Source: an uncultured Actinomycetota bacterium | GTDB taxonomy: Bacteria; Actinomycetota; Actinomycetes; JACCUZ01 | Reading direction: 5' to 3' | NCBI GenBank assembly: GCA_963789855.1 | Contig: CAWBMM010000002.1 | Coordinates: 324,353 to 388,352 of the forward strand | Length of the DNA stretch: 64,000 nt | Part shown: in pieces, positions 1 through 8,075 of the stretch | How positions within the stretch are numbered: the stretch's first letter is position 1 | Layout: each line of letters begins with the position of its first letter | Position numbers and translations under genes: made by a program | Notes under the pieces: generated by a model | Database searches by the model: none | What the model saw: the letters and a program-made list of their open reading frames with translations, nothing else | What the model was told of the DNA's origin: nothing

Positions 1-43
1 GCCGTGCGCCCGGCCGCCTGGTCGGTCCTCGTCCCGGCCTGAG

Positions 44-1201
44 CTACATCCAGCGGCGGATCGGGGTGACCGCGGTCTCGAGGGCCCGCTGACCACGCGA
101 CCGGTTGCGCCACCGGGTGAGGTCGATCTCGACGCTGCGGCCGAAGTCGTCGTCGAGGTGCGCGTCGAGGGTCGCGGTGAGGTCGCGGTCGAGGGCGATC
201 AGCACGACCTCCTCGTCGTGGTCGAGGGAGCGTCGGTTGAAGTTCGAGGACCCCACGACCGCGGCGACGCCGTCCACCGTCATCACCTTCGCGTGCATCA
301 TCGACGGCTGGAAGGTCCAGACCTTGACGCCGCAGTCGACCAGCCGCTCGTAGGAGCCCTCGCTGGTGAGCTGCGAGACCCGCTTGTCGGCGTGCGGCCC
401 GGGCAGCAGCAGGTCGACCTGGACACCGCGGGCCGGTGCGGCGCACAGGGTGTCCAGGAAGTCGTCGTCGGGCGCGAAGTACGCCGTGGCGATGCGCAGC
501 CGCTCGCGGGCCGAGCCGAGCATCACGTGAAAGGCCGACTGCATGTCGTCCCAGCCGAGACTGGCCGAGCCGCGGACGATCTGCACCGTCGAGGTGCCCT
601 CCTGCGGCTGGTCGGGGAACTCGTCGTCCTCGCCGTAGAGCGGGCGGCCGCTCTCGGCCCAGTCCTGGATGAAGGCCGACTGCAGCCCGTCGACCGCCGG
701 CCCCTCGACCCGCAGGTGGGTGTCGCGCCACTCGTGCTCGTTGCGCGCGTCGCCGCACCACTCCTCGGCGATGCCGACGCCGCCGGTGAACGCGACCCGC
801 CCGTCGACCACGCAGATCTTGCGGTGCAGCCGGTGGTTGGACTTGAACGGCGACTTCATGAACGGCTTGCGGAACCACTCGACCTGCACCCCGGCCCGAT
901 CCATCTGGTCGACCAGGGTCTTCTCGATCAGCCGGCCGCCGAGGGCGTCGATGAGCAGCCGGACCCGGACGCCGGCCCGGGCCCGCTCCGACATCGCGTC
1001 GGCGAACTCGACCGCGATGTCGCCCTGCCAGTAGACGAACGTCATGAGGTCGACCGTCGCGGTCGCCCCCCGGATCGCCTCGAGCATCGCGGGGAAGATC
1101 CGGTCCCCGTTGCGCAGCACGTCGATCCGGTTGCCCTCGGTGAACGGGGTGCCGATCACCACCTCGAGGCGGCGTCGGAGCACATCGACCTGGTCGCTCA
1201 C
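44..1201 (-). CDS. Phospholipase D-family protein (cardiolipin synthase-like)
   Basis: Intact 385-aa ORF. Two HxKxxxxD (HKD) motifs read directly: HRKICVVDG and HAKVMTVDG. Confidence 0.85.
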   Translation of the reverse strand: MSDQVDVLRRRLEVVIGTPFTEGNRIDVLRNGDRIFPAMLEAIRGATATVDLMTFVYWQGDIAVEFADAMSERARAGVRVRLLIDALGGRLIEKTLVDQMDRAGVQVEWFRKPFMKSPFKSNHRLHRKICVVDGRVAFTGGVGIAEEWCGDARNEHEWRDTHLRVEGPAVDGLQSAFIQDWAESGRPLYGEDDEFPDQPQEGTSTVQIVRGSASLGWDDMQSAFHVMLGSARERLRIATAYFAPDDDFLDTLCAAPARGVQVDLLLPGPHADKRVSQLTSEGSYERLVDCGVKVWTFQPSMMHAKVMTVDGVAAVVGSSNFNRRSLDHDEEVVLIALDRDLTATLDAHLDDDFGRSVEIDLTRWRNRSRGQRALETAVTPIRRWM

Positions 1202-1209
1202 GCAGGGGT

Positions 1210-1301
1210 CCTCTCGTCGGTTCGCGGTGCGCCGGTTCGCGGTCCGCCGTCCCGATCAGGTCATCAGGCCGCGGCAGATCAGGTCAGATCAGGCCGCGGC
1301 G
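1210..1301. repeat. Cluster of short tandem direct repeats between the PLD-like and LuxR genes
   Basis: cggttcgcggt at 1218-1228 and 1233-1243. atcaggccgcggc at 1263-1275 and 1288-1300; the second copy encodes the last LuxR codons (stop tca at 1284-1286). gatcagg occurs three times. Confidence 0.8.
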
Positions 1302-2255
1302 CGCTGCCTCTCTACCCGCCTGGAAACGTGTCTGCGCACCCAGCTCGTCCATCAGCGTCGCGATCCGCCGCCGGACCGTGCGCAGCGAGACCCCCAGCTG
1401 CCGGGCGATGCTCTCGTCCTTGAGGCCCAGCTGCAGCAGCCGCAGCACCGCCGCCGTGTCGTCGCCGGCCGGCCCGGCGGGGTCGACCGCGGGCAGCGGG
1501 GTGCCCCGGCTCCAGTACTGCTCGAACAGGTCCCGGACCAGGGCGACCAGCGCGGGTGCCCGCACCAGCAGGGTGCCGTCGGAGCCGCCGCCCCAGGCGG
1601 AGGAGACGAAGGCGATCTCGGTGCCGAACACCGCGATCGACGGCAGCGCCTGCGACATCAGCCGCACCGTCTCGCCGGCGTCCGCCCAGTGCCGGACGTA
1701 GGCCAGCCGGGCGGGGTCGCCGAGGATGTCGCTGGGGTAGAGGCCGCGCATCGGGCGGCCGGCGGCGAGCTGGGTCTCGAGCAGCTCGACGTACGCCGGG
1801 GAGTCGACGTCGATGTCCACGGCGGGGTGGCTGGACAGCACCTCACCCGTCGTACCCCGCTGGACGTCCTCCGCGGCGGCGAACGACTCGTCCAGGCTCA
1901 GCAGCTCGAACGGCAGGCTGGACCACGCCCGGGACTGCCCCACCATGTGGTCGGCGGCGAAGCCGGCCAGGCTGGCGCGCACGGCGTCGATGCGGGCGCG
2001 CCGGTCCTCGACCTCGGAGAGCTCGACGTGGACCAGAGCCGCCAGCGTGGTCGCCGGGGAGGTGGGCGCGAGGTCGCCGCCGAGCCGGGCGACCAGGCCG
2101 ACCGCCAGCAGCCCGTCGACGGCGTGCTCGGCGGCGGCCCGGTCCAGGCTGAGGTGCCGGCAGAGCTCGTCGAGGTCGTAGGACGGGTTGCGCAGCATCG
2201 TCCGGTAGAGGGTCTCGGCCACGTCGTCCAGGCCCCAGACCTCGAGGGCGCTCAT
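1284..2255 (-). CDS. LuxR-family transcriptional regulator (C-terminal HTH)
   Basis: Intact 323-aa ORF. The C-terminus LGLKDESIARQLGVSLRTVRRRIATLMDELGAQTRFQA is a typical LuxR/GerE helix-turn-helix. The N-terminal domain was not recognised. Confidence 0.75.
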   Translation of the reverse strand: MSALEVWGLDDVAETLYRTMLRNPSYDLDELCRHLSLDRAAAEHAVDGLLAVGLVARLGGDLAPTSPATTLAALVHVELSEVEDRRARIDAVRASLAGFAADHMVGQSRAWSSLPFELLSLDESFAAAEDVQRGTTGEVLSSHPAVDIDVDSPAYVELLETQLAAGRPMRGLYPSDILGDPARLAYVRHWADAGETVRLMSQALPSIAVFGTEIAFVSSAWGGGSDGTLLVRAPALVALVRDLFEQYWSRGTPLPAVDPAGPAGDDTAAVLRLLQLGLKDESIARQLGVSLRTVRRRIATLMDELGAQTRFQAGREAARRGLI

Positions 2256-2369
2256 GCGGGGCGGACGGGCTGGCGGTCGGGCACGTCGTCACTGTAGGGC
2301 TGCTGGCAGGTTGCTGTCAGTGGCAGCGAACGGACAGCCGTCTGCGGGTCGGCGCGGCATAATGACCGT

Positions 2370-2415
2370 CGTCGAGGTGCGGAACCGCGGCAGGGGACGG
2401 TTCCGCGCCTCGACG
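2370..2415 (-). terminator. Stem-loop downstream of the DUF3151 gene (possible intrinsic terminator)
   Basis: 18-nt arms cgtcgaggtgcggaaccg / cggttccgcgcctcgacg (one G-T pair) with a 10-nt loop. It lies between two co-oriented minus-strand genes. No clear U-tract. Confidence 0.4.
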
Positions 2416-2465
2416 GCCGTCCGGGGCGGGGTGCTGCCGTGACCCGCGTCGGGCCGGCTCGGGGC

Positions 2466-2531
2466 GAGCTCAGGGCCGGCTCAGGGCCGGCCGGCTCAGG
2501 CCAGCTCGCGGCCGGCTCAGGCCAGCTCGCG
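2466..2531. repeat. Tandem duplication spanning the DUF3151 stop codon
   Basis: Exact 21-nt unit gccggctcaggccagctcgcg at 2490-2510 and 2511-2531. Shorter gctcagg-containing copies at 2468 and 2479. The gene's stop codon (tca 2517-2519) is inside the second unit. Confidence 0.9.
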
Positions 2532-2927
2532 GACCGCCGTCGGGCTGCTGTCGGCCAGGAACTGCGCGCAGCGGGCCGCCTCGTCGTCCTCGCCGATGGC
2601 GCCGGCCGCGCTCCCCAGCGCGTGCAGCGAGCGCAGGAACCCGCGGTTGGCCTCGTGCTCCCACGGCACCGGGCCGTGCCCCTTCCAGCCGTTGCGGCGC
2701 AGCACGTCCAGCCCGCGGTGGTAGCCGGTGCGGGCGTAGGCGTAGCCCTCGACGACGCGGCCGTCAGCCAGCGCCGCCTCGGCCAGCGTGGCCCACGCCA
2801 GGCAGGACGTCGGGTGTGCCGCGGCGACCTCGGCGGGCGGCGTGCCGCGCTCCAGCGCCTCGCGCGGCCCGGCCTCGTCGGGCAGCAAGGTCGGAGCCGG
2901 CTCGCCCAACAGGTTCTGGTGCGTCAT
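2517..2927 (-). CDS. DUF3151-like conserved actinobacterial protein
   Basis: ORF 2517..2978. The likely start is the internal ATG at 2927 (MTHQNLLGEP...). The sequence resembles the small conserved protein usually found near fba in actinobacteria; family assignment is from memory. Confidence 0.6.
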   Translation of the reverse strand: MTHQNLLGEPAPTLLPDEAGPREALERGTPPAEVAAAHPTSCLAWATLAEAALADGRVVEGYAYARTGYHRGLDVLRRNGWKGHGPVPWEHEANRGFLRSLHALGSAAGAIGEDDEAARCAQFLADSSPTAVRELA

Positions 2928-2969
2928 GCCCGCGATCCTGCCACCCGCTTCGCCGCCACAGCCCCGGAT

Positions 2970-3048
2970 GTCGACCACGTTGGGTAGGCGGTGGCAGGCG
3001 ACAACAGGCGCCGAGTCCTGTTGTGGCCTGCTCCCGCCTGTTGTCGCC
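2970..3048. repeat. Left inverted repeat of the DUF559 cassette
   Basis: The outer 39 nt (gtcgaccacgttgggtaggcggtggcaggcgacaacagg) match the reverse complement of 4240-4278 at 38/39. Inner part: hairpin ggcgacaacagg-N8-cctgttgtggcc plus a further cctgttgtcgcc. Confidence 0.9.
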
Positions 3049-3123
3049 GGTGCCGCGAGGTGCCGCCTGGCGAGCTGCTGCTGGCGGACGCCGAGGCGGG
3101 CTGCCGATGCCGCGTACGCCGCG

Positions 3124-4095
3124 TCAGGCGCTCGGCTGCTCGCGCTCGGCGGCGCGGCTCAGGGCCGCCCGTACCATCGCGGGAACCCTGCCGGGCACCA
3201 GCAGGTCGCTCCACGTCCAGCGCACGACCTCGAAGCCGAGCCCACGCAACCGGTCCTCGCGGCGCTTCTCTCGCCACAATGCCTCGGCCGGCGAGTCGGG
3301 AGCGAGACCGTACTTCGCCCGGCCGTCGAACTCGCCGAGGACCTTCCGCGGCAGCCAGCCGAGATCGGCGTACCCGACAAGACCACCGGCGTCGCGGACG
3401 GGGACCTGGAGGTCGGTGGGATCGAGCCGGGCTTCCAGCAGAACGGCCCTGGACAGGCTCTCGCCAGGGTTGGCCGCCCGGCCGTCGGCCCGGCTCACCG
3501 CACGGGAGGCGCCGAGGGCACCCGGCCACGACGCGCAGCAGAAGAGGACCTCGCGCACCTCGTCCTCGGTGGCGCCCGACCGCAGGGCCGAGTCGACGGC
3601 GGCCAGCCCGGTGGCGAAGTCGCGGGTCCGGGCGATGTCGATGGCGGTCCGCGCGGCTGAGGTCACCCGGACGCCGTCAACCTCCCGGACGTGCCCCGGT
3701 GGCAGCGACCCGGGATGGTGATGGACCCCGGCCTCGGTCCGCGACGCCGGCAGCTCGGGCCGGGTCAGGTGCAGCAGGTCGAGGGTCGGCTGCAGCAGCG
3801 GGAGGCCGACCCAGACACCGCCGGTCTCGTGGCTGAGGGCTGCCGGAGCCTTGATCGACAGCAGCAGCGCCTGGGTGTCGACCCGGTGCCGGCCCAGCGG
3901 GTCGAGCGCGTCGTACGTCGGGCGGACGGCGTACACACCTCGCCGTACCGAGTGGATGACCTGGTCCTTCCGCAGGCGTTGCAGCTCCTCGTGCTGGTGA
4001 CCGGCGGCGTACGCCTGGGCAGCCGTGAAGACACCGAGCTGGGCGGTCATGACCTGACGCAGCCCCGGCCCCGGGACGAAGTCGGCTGCTCGCAT
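3124..4095 (-). CDS. DUF559 domain protein with AbiEi-like N-terminal domain (restriction-endonuclease-like fold)
   Basis: ORF 3124..4227. The likely start is the ATG at 4095 (MRAADFVPGPGLRQVMTAQLGVFTAAQA...). The C-terminus GEFDGRAKYG...REKRREDRLRGLGFEVVRWTWSDL is typical of actinobacterial DUF559 proteins. Confidence 0.75.
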   Translation of the reverse strand: MRAADFVPGPGLRQVMTAQLGVFTAAQAYAAGHQHEELQRLRKDQVIHSVRRGVYAVRPTYDALDPLGRHRVDTQALLLSIKAPAALSHETGGVWVGLPLLQPTLDLLHLTRPELPASRTEAGVHHHPGSLPPGHVREVDGVRVTSAARTAIDIARTRDFATGLAAVDSALRSGATEDEVREVLFCCASWPGALGASRAVSRADGRAANPGESLSRAVLLEARLDPTDLQVPVRDAGGLVGYADLGWLPRKVLGEFDGRAKYGLAPDSPAEALWREKRREDRLRGLGFEVVRWTWSDLLVPGRVPAMVRAALSRAAEREQPSA

Positions 4096-4199
4096 GCCTC
4101 GAGGATCGACCGCCCCGGGCGTCGTCGCCGGCTCGGGGACCCAGACTGTGGACGACATCCGCCGGCGGAGCGACCTGTGGACAGCCGTCTGGCGCTCCG

Positions 4200-4278
4200 G
4201 GCAACAACAGGCGCTGGCCGGCGACAACAGGTCTCGGAGCCTGTTGTCGCCTGCCAGCGCCTACCCAACGTGGTCGAC
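4200..4278. repeat. Right inverted repeat of the DUF559 cassette
   Basis: ggcaacaacagg-N8-ggcgacaacagg-N8-cctgttgtcgcctgccagcgcctacccaacgtggtcgac. This mirrors 2970-3048. Confidence 0.9.
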
Positions 4279-4311
4279 TCCAGGGGGGTGGGGACTCGAC
4301 CGGTCAGGGGG

Positions 4312-4387
4312 CCAGCTGGTCGGGGCGGGGAACCTCGGGGCCAGCTGGTCGGGGGGCGGGGACGGGGTCAGCTGGTCGGGGCGGGGA
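4312..4387. repeat. Three tandem ~27-30-nt copies spanning the stop codon of the secreted-protein gene
   Basis: ccagctggtcggggcgggga (4312-4331), ccagctggtcggggggcgggga (4341-4362) and tcagctggtcggggcgggga (4368-4387). The third copy carries the stop codon (tca 4368-4370). Confidence 0.85.
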
Positions 4388-4942
4388 CCTCGCTCTCGGG
4401 GGTCGTGGCGGGGGTCGGCTCGGCGGTCGTCTCGGGCGGGGCGGCGGCGACGCGGTGCGCGACGGCCGTGACGGTGAAGGTGACCGGGTCGCCGGCAACC
4501 AGCGGGGCGACCGGGGTGACGTCGACCTGGTGCGACTTCACCACGACGTGGTCACCGGGCAGGACGGCGGTCAGGTCGACGACGCCGCCGCGGGTCACCT
4601 TGGCGTCGGGCGGCGACGGTGACCGTGACGGTGGCACCGCGCAGCACCTTCCAGCGGCCGCCGTGGACGACGAAGGTCAGCGTGCCTGGTGCGGCCGGCA
4701 CGACGTCGGTGGCCACCACCGGTGCCTGGACCGCGGTGACGGTGCCGCCGAGGACGAAGGACCGGTGCGAGCGGGCCTGCACCTCGAGCCGGTGGGCCGC
4801 GGCGCGGGCCTTGGCGGCCTGCGACCGGGAGTGGCCGGCCGCCACCATGGCTGCCTGGTCCGGTGTCGGCCACGGCGACGGCCGGTGCCGCGATCATGGC
4901 GACGGCGACGAGCAGCGAAGCAGAGACGGTACGAGCGCGCAC
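4368..4942 (-). pseudogene. Secreted protein of unknown function, split over three frames in this sequence
   Basis: Signal peptide MRARTVSASLLVAVAMIAAPAVAVA in the 4942 frame. The body continues in the 4848 frame (…TVTAVQAPVVATDVVPAAPGTLTFVVHGGRWKV…), then in the 4637 frame to a Pro/Thr-rich tail. Frame switches fall near 4850 and 4630. Confidence 0.5.
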
Positions 4943-5071
4943 GGGAGACTCCCCCGATCGATCACAAGGCCCCGAGTTACTCCCCGGTCATCGGCAGCGC
5001 CCCGCCACGCTCTTGAGCCCGGACCGGGCCGAGCCGGCTGCTGTCACCCGGCCGGGCTACCCGCGAGCGGG

Positions 5072-6109
5072 TCAGCCCGCCTTGCCCATCGACGTACCGG
5101 CGGAGCGCAGGTCCTCGCAGGCCACGACCACCCGAGCGGCCATGCCGCCCTCGGCCGCCTTGCCCCAGGCCCGCGGGTCGTACTGCTTCTTGTTGCCGAC
5201 CTCGCCGTCGACCTTGAGCACGCCGTCGTAGTTGGTGAACATGTGGCCGACGACCGGCCGGGTGTAGGCGTACTGGGTGTCGGTGTCGACGTTCATCTTC
5301 ACCACGCCGTAGTCCAGCGCCTCGCGGATCTCCTCGAGCAGCGAGCCCGAGCCGCCGTGGAAGACCAGGTCGAACGGCTTCTCGCCGCCGCCGACCTTGG
5401 TGGCCACGGCGTCCTGGATCTCCTTGAGCACCGACGGGCGCAGCTTGACGTTGCCCGGCTTGTAGACGCCGTGCACGTTGCCGAACGTCGCGGCCAGCAG
5501 GTAGCGGCCGACCTCGCCGGAGATGCCCAGCACCTCGACGGTGCGGATGGCGTCGCCGGGGGTCGTGTACAGCTTCTCGTTGATCTCGTTGTCGACGCCG
5601 TCCTCCTCGCCGCCGACCACGCCGATCTCGAGCTCCATCACGATCTTGGCCTTGGCGCACTCCTCGAGCAGCTCGCGGGCGATCGTCAGGTTCTCCTCGA
5701 GCTCGACGGCCGAGCCGTCCCACATGTGCGACTGGAACAGCGGCTCCCGCCCGGCCGCGACCCGCTCCTGCGAGATCGCGATGAGCGGCCGCATGTAGCC
5801 GTCCAGCTTGGGCTTCGGGCAGTGGTCGGTGTGCAGCGCGATCTGCACGTCGTAGGCCTTCGCGACGTGGTGCGCGTACTCGGCCAGCGCCTGCGCGCCC
5901 AGCACCATGTCCTTGACCGTCGAGCCGGACAGGTACTCCGCGCCGCCGGTCGAGACCTGCACGATGCCGTCGCTGCCGGCGTCCGCGAAGCCCTGCAGCG
6001 CGGCGTTCAACGTCGAGGACGAGGTGACGTTGATCGCGGGGTAGGCGAAGGCTCCGGCCTTGGCGCGGTCGAGCATCTCCGCGTAGACCTCGGGGGTGGC
6101 GATGGGCAT
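5072..6109 (-). CDS. fba: Class II fructose-1,6-bisphosphate aldolase
   Basis: 345 aa from MPIATPEVYAEMLDRAKAGAFAYPAINV..., with full-length similarity to class II FBA (…HTDHCPK…, …FHGGSGS…). The start ATG at 6109 lies inside the longer track ORF 5072..6607. Confidence 0.95.
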   Translation of the reverse strand: MPIATPEVYAEMLDRAKAGAFAYPAINVTSSSTLNAALQGFADAGSDGIVQVSTGGAEYLSGSTVKDMVLGAQALAEYAHHVAKAYDVQIALHTDHCPKPKLDGYMRPLIAISQERVAAGREPLFQSHMWDGSAVELEENLTIARELLEECAKAKIVMELEIGVVGGEEDGVDNEINEKLYTTPGDAIRTVEVLGISGEVGRYLLAATFGNVHGVYKPGNVKLRPSVLKEIQDAVATKVGGGEKPFDLVFHGGSGSLLEEIREALDYGVVKMNVDTDTQYAYTRPVVGHMFTNYDGVLKVDGEVGNKKQYDPRAWGKAAEGGMAARVVVACEDLRSAGTSMGKAG

Positions 6110-6220
6110 GGCGGTCTCCTCGGACGGATTCGGGTCTCCTCGCCATCCTCGCAGAGCAGCGGGTACGGCGGCAGGTGCCGGCCAGGGAGTGGGCAACGTC
6201 ACCGGTGGTAGGACTGTCGC

Positions 6221-6685
6221 ATGCGTCTGCCGACCCTGGTGGTCACGTCCCTGAGCGTCGCGGCGACCGCTGCCGTCGGCGCGAGCGCCACCGACCCCGG
6301 CAGCGAGTGGTACGCCGGCCTGGACAAGCCGCCGTGGCAGCCACCTCCCGCGGCGTACGGGCTGGTCTGGACCCCGCTCTACGCCGCCCTCGCGGTGGCC
6401 GCGGCGCGCGCCTACGACCGGCTGCCGACCGGGGAGAAGCGCCGCTTCGCGGCGGCCTTCGCCGCCAACCTGGCGCTCAACGCCGGGTGGAACTGGCTGT
6501 TCTTCCGGGCCCGCAGCCCCCGGCTGGCGCTCGCCGAGATCCTGCTGCTCGAGGCCAGCACCCTCGACCTCGCCCGGCGCGCCAACCGGGTCGACGCGAC
6601 GGCCCACAACCTGCTGGCCCCGTACGCCGGGTGGGTCGCCTTCGCCGCGGCGCTCAACGCCGAGCTGGCCCGCCGCAACCCGTGA
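6221..6685 (+). CDS. tspO: TspO/MBR family tryptophan-rich sensory protein
   Basis: 154-aa membrane ORF with KPPWQPPPAAYGLVWTPLYAAL…NLALNAGWNWLFF…APYAGWVAFAAALN, typical of TspO. Confidence 0.8.
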   Translation: MRLPTLVVTSLSVAATAAVGASATDPGSEWYAGLDKPPWQPPPAAYGLVWTPLYAALAVAAARAYDRLPTGEKRRFAAAFAANLALNAGWNWLFFRARSPRLALAEILLLEASTLDLARRANRVDATAHNLLAPYAGWVAFAAALNAELARRNP

Positions 6686-8066
6686 TCAGTCCGCGGCGGC
6701 GCGGACGGCGTCGGCGGCCTTGCGGGCGGCGATGAGCACCGGGTCCCACACCGGGGAGAACGGCGGCGCGTAGCCGAGGTCCAGCCCCGCGATCTCCTCG
6801 GCCGACATCTGGTTCCACAGCGCGACGGCCAGCACGTCGATCCGCTTGGCCGCCCCCTCGCGGCCGACGATCTGCGCGCCCAGCAGCCGTCCGGTGCGCT
6901 GCTCGGCGACCAGCTTCACCGTCACCTTCTCGGCTCCCGGGTAGTAGCCCGCCCGGGTGGTCGAGTCGACCGTCACCGTCAGGCACCGGAAGCCGACCAC
7001 GTCGCAGTCGACCTCCCGCAGCCCGGTGCGCGCGATCTCCAGGTCGCAGACCTTGCTCACCGCCGTGCCCACCACGCCCGGGAACGTCGCGTAGCCGCCG
7101 CCGAGGTTCGTGCCGAGCACCCGGCCCTGCTTGTTCGCATGGGTGCCGAGCGCGACATGCACCCGGTTGCCCGACACGAGGTCGATCGACTCGACGCAGT
7201 CACCGGCCGCCCACACGCCCTCCGCGTCGAACACCCGCATCTGCAGGTCGGTGACCAGCCCACCCCACCGGCCCAGCGGCAGCCCGGCCGCCTGCGCCAG
7301 CGACGTCTCCGGCTCGACGCCGGTGCCGAGCACCACGAGGTCGGCCTCGAACCGGCCGTCGTCGGTGTCGACCGCGCGCACCCGGCCGGCGCCGTCGGTG
7401 TCGAAGCCGTGCAGCCGCACGCCGGTGCGCACGTCGATGTCCATCGCCTCCATCGCGTGGTGCACCAGCCGGCCCATGTCCGGGTCGAGGGTCGCCATCG
7501 GCTCCGCCGACCGGGTCAGCACCGTGACCGACAGGCCGCGGTGCACCATCGCCTCGGCCATCTCGATGCCGATGTAGCCGCCGCCCACGACCACCGCACG
7601 CCGCGGCCCGTGCTCCAGCGAGTCGAGCAGCCGCTCGCCGTCGTCCAGCGTCTGCACCCCGTGGATGCCAGCCGCGTCGACGCCAGGCACGCTGGGGTCG
7701 GCGTGGCCGGGCGCCGGTCGCGAGCACCAGCTGGTCGAAGCCGAGCCGGTACGTCGACCCGCCGGCGTGGTCGCGCACCTCGACCTCCCGCCGGTCGAGG
7801 TCGAGCTCGGTCGCCTCGGCCCGCAGCCGGACGTCGATGCCGTTGGCCCGGTGCTGCTCCGGGGTCCGCGCGATCAGGGCCTCGACGGAGCCGACCTCGC
7901 CACCGACCCAGTAGGGGATGCCACAGGCGGAGTACGACGTGTGGGTGCCGCGCTCCAGCGCCACCACGTCGAGCTCACGATTGTGCTGCGCGGCGACTCG
8001 CAGCGCCTGCGACGCCGCGGACATGCCGGCCGCGTCGGCCCCGACCACCACCACCCGTTCCGCCAT
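6686..8066 (-). pseudogene. FAD-dependent pyridine nucleotide-disulfide oxidoreductase (CoA-disulfide reductase/NADH oxidase-like), one frameshift
   Basis: The N-terminal part (MAERVVVVGADAAGMSAA…SYSACGIPYW…LVLATGARP) is in the 8066 frame. The rest (PGVDAAGIHGVQTLDDG…VVGGGYIGIEMAEA…) is in the 7690 frame. The switch is at the G4 run 7694-7697 (C4 on the coding strand). Confidence 0.8.
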
Positions 8067-8075
8067 GGGGCGAGG

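Larger units (their letters stand above)
2970..4278. mobile_element. Candidate insertion cassette: one DUF559 gene bounded by 79-bp inverted repeats
   Basis: Inverted repeats at 2970-3048 and 4200-4278 flank a single gene. The cassette interrupts an otherwise conserved DUF3151-fba neighbourhood. No transposase or integrase lies inside. Confidence 0.35.

Noticed and set aside
6683-6688. Abutting convergent stop codons: tspO / oxidoreductase (tgatca at 6683-6688) and Fe-S reductase / dcd (ctag overlap at 37831-37834).
   Set aside because: Both are real in the sequence, but compact convergent gene ends are common in actinobacteria, so they are not informative on their own.
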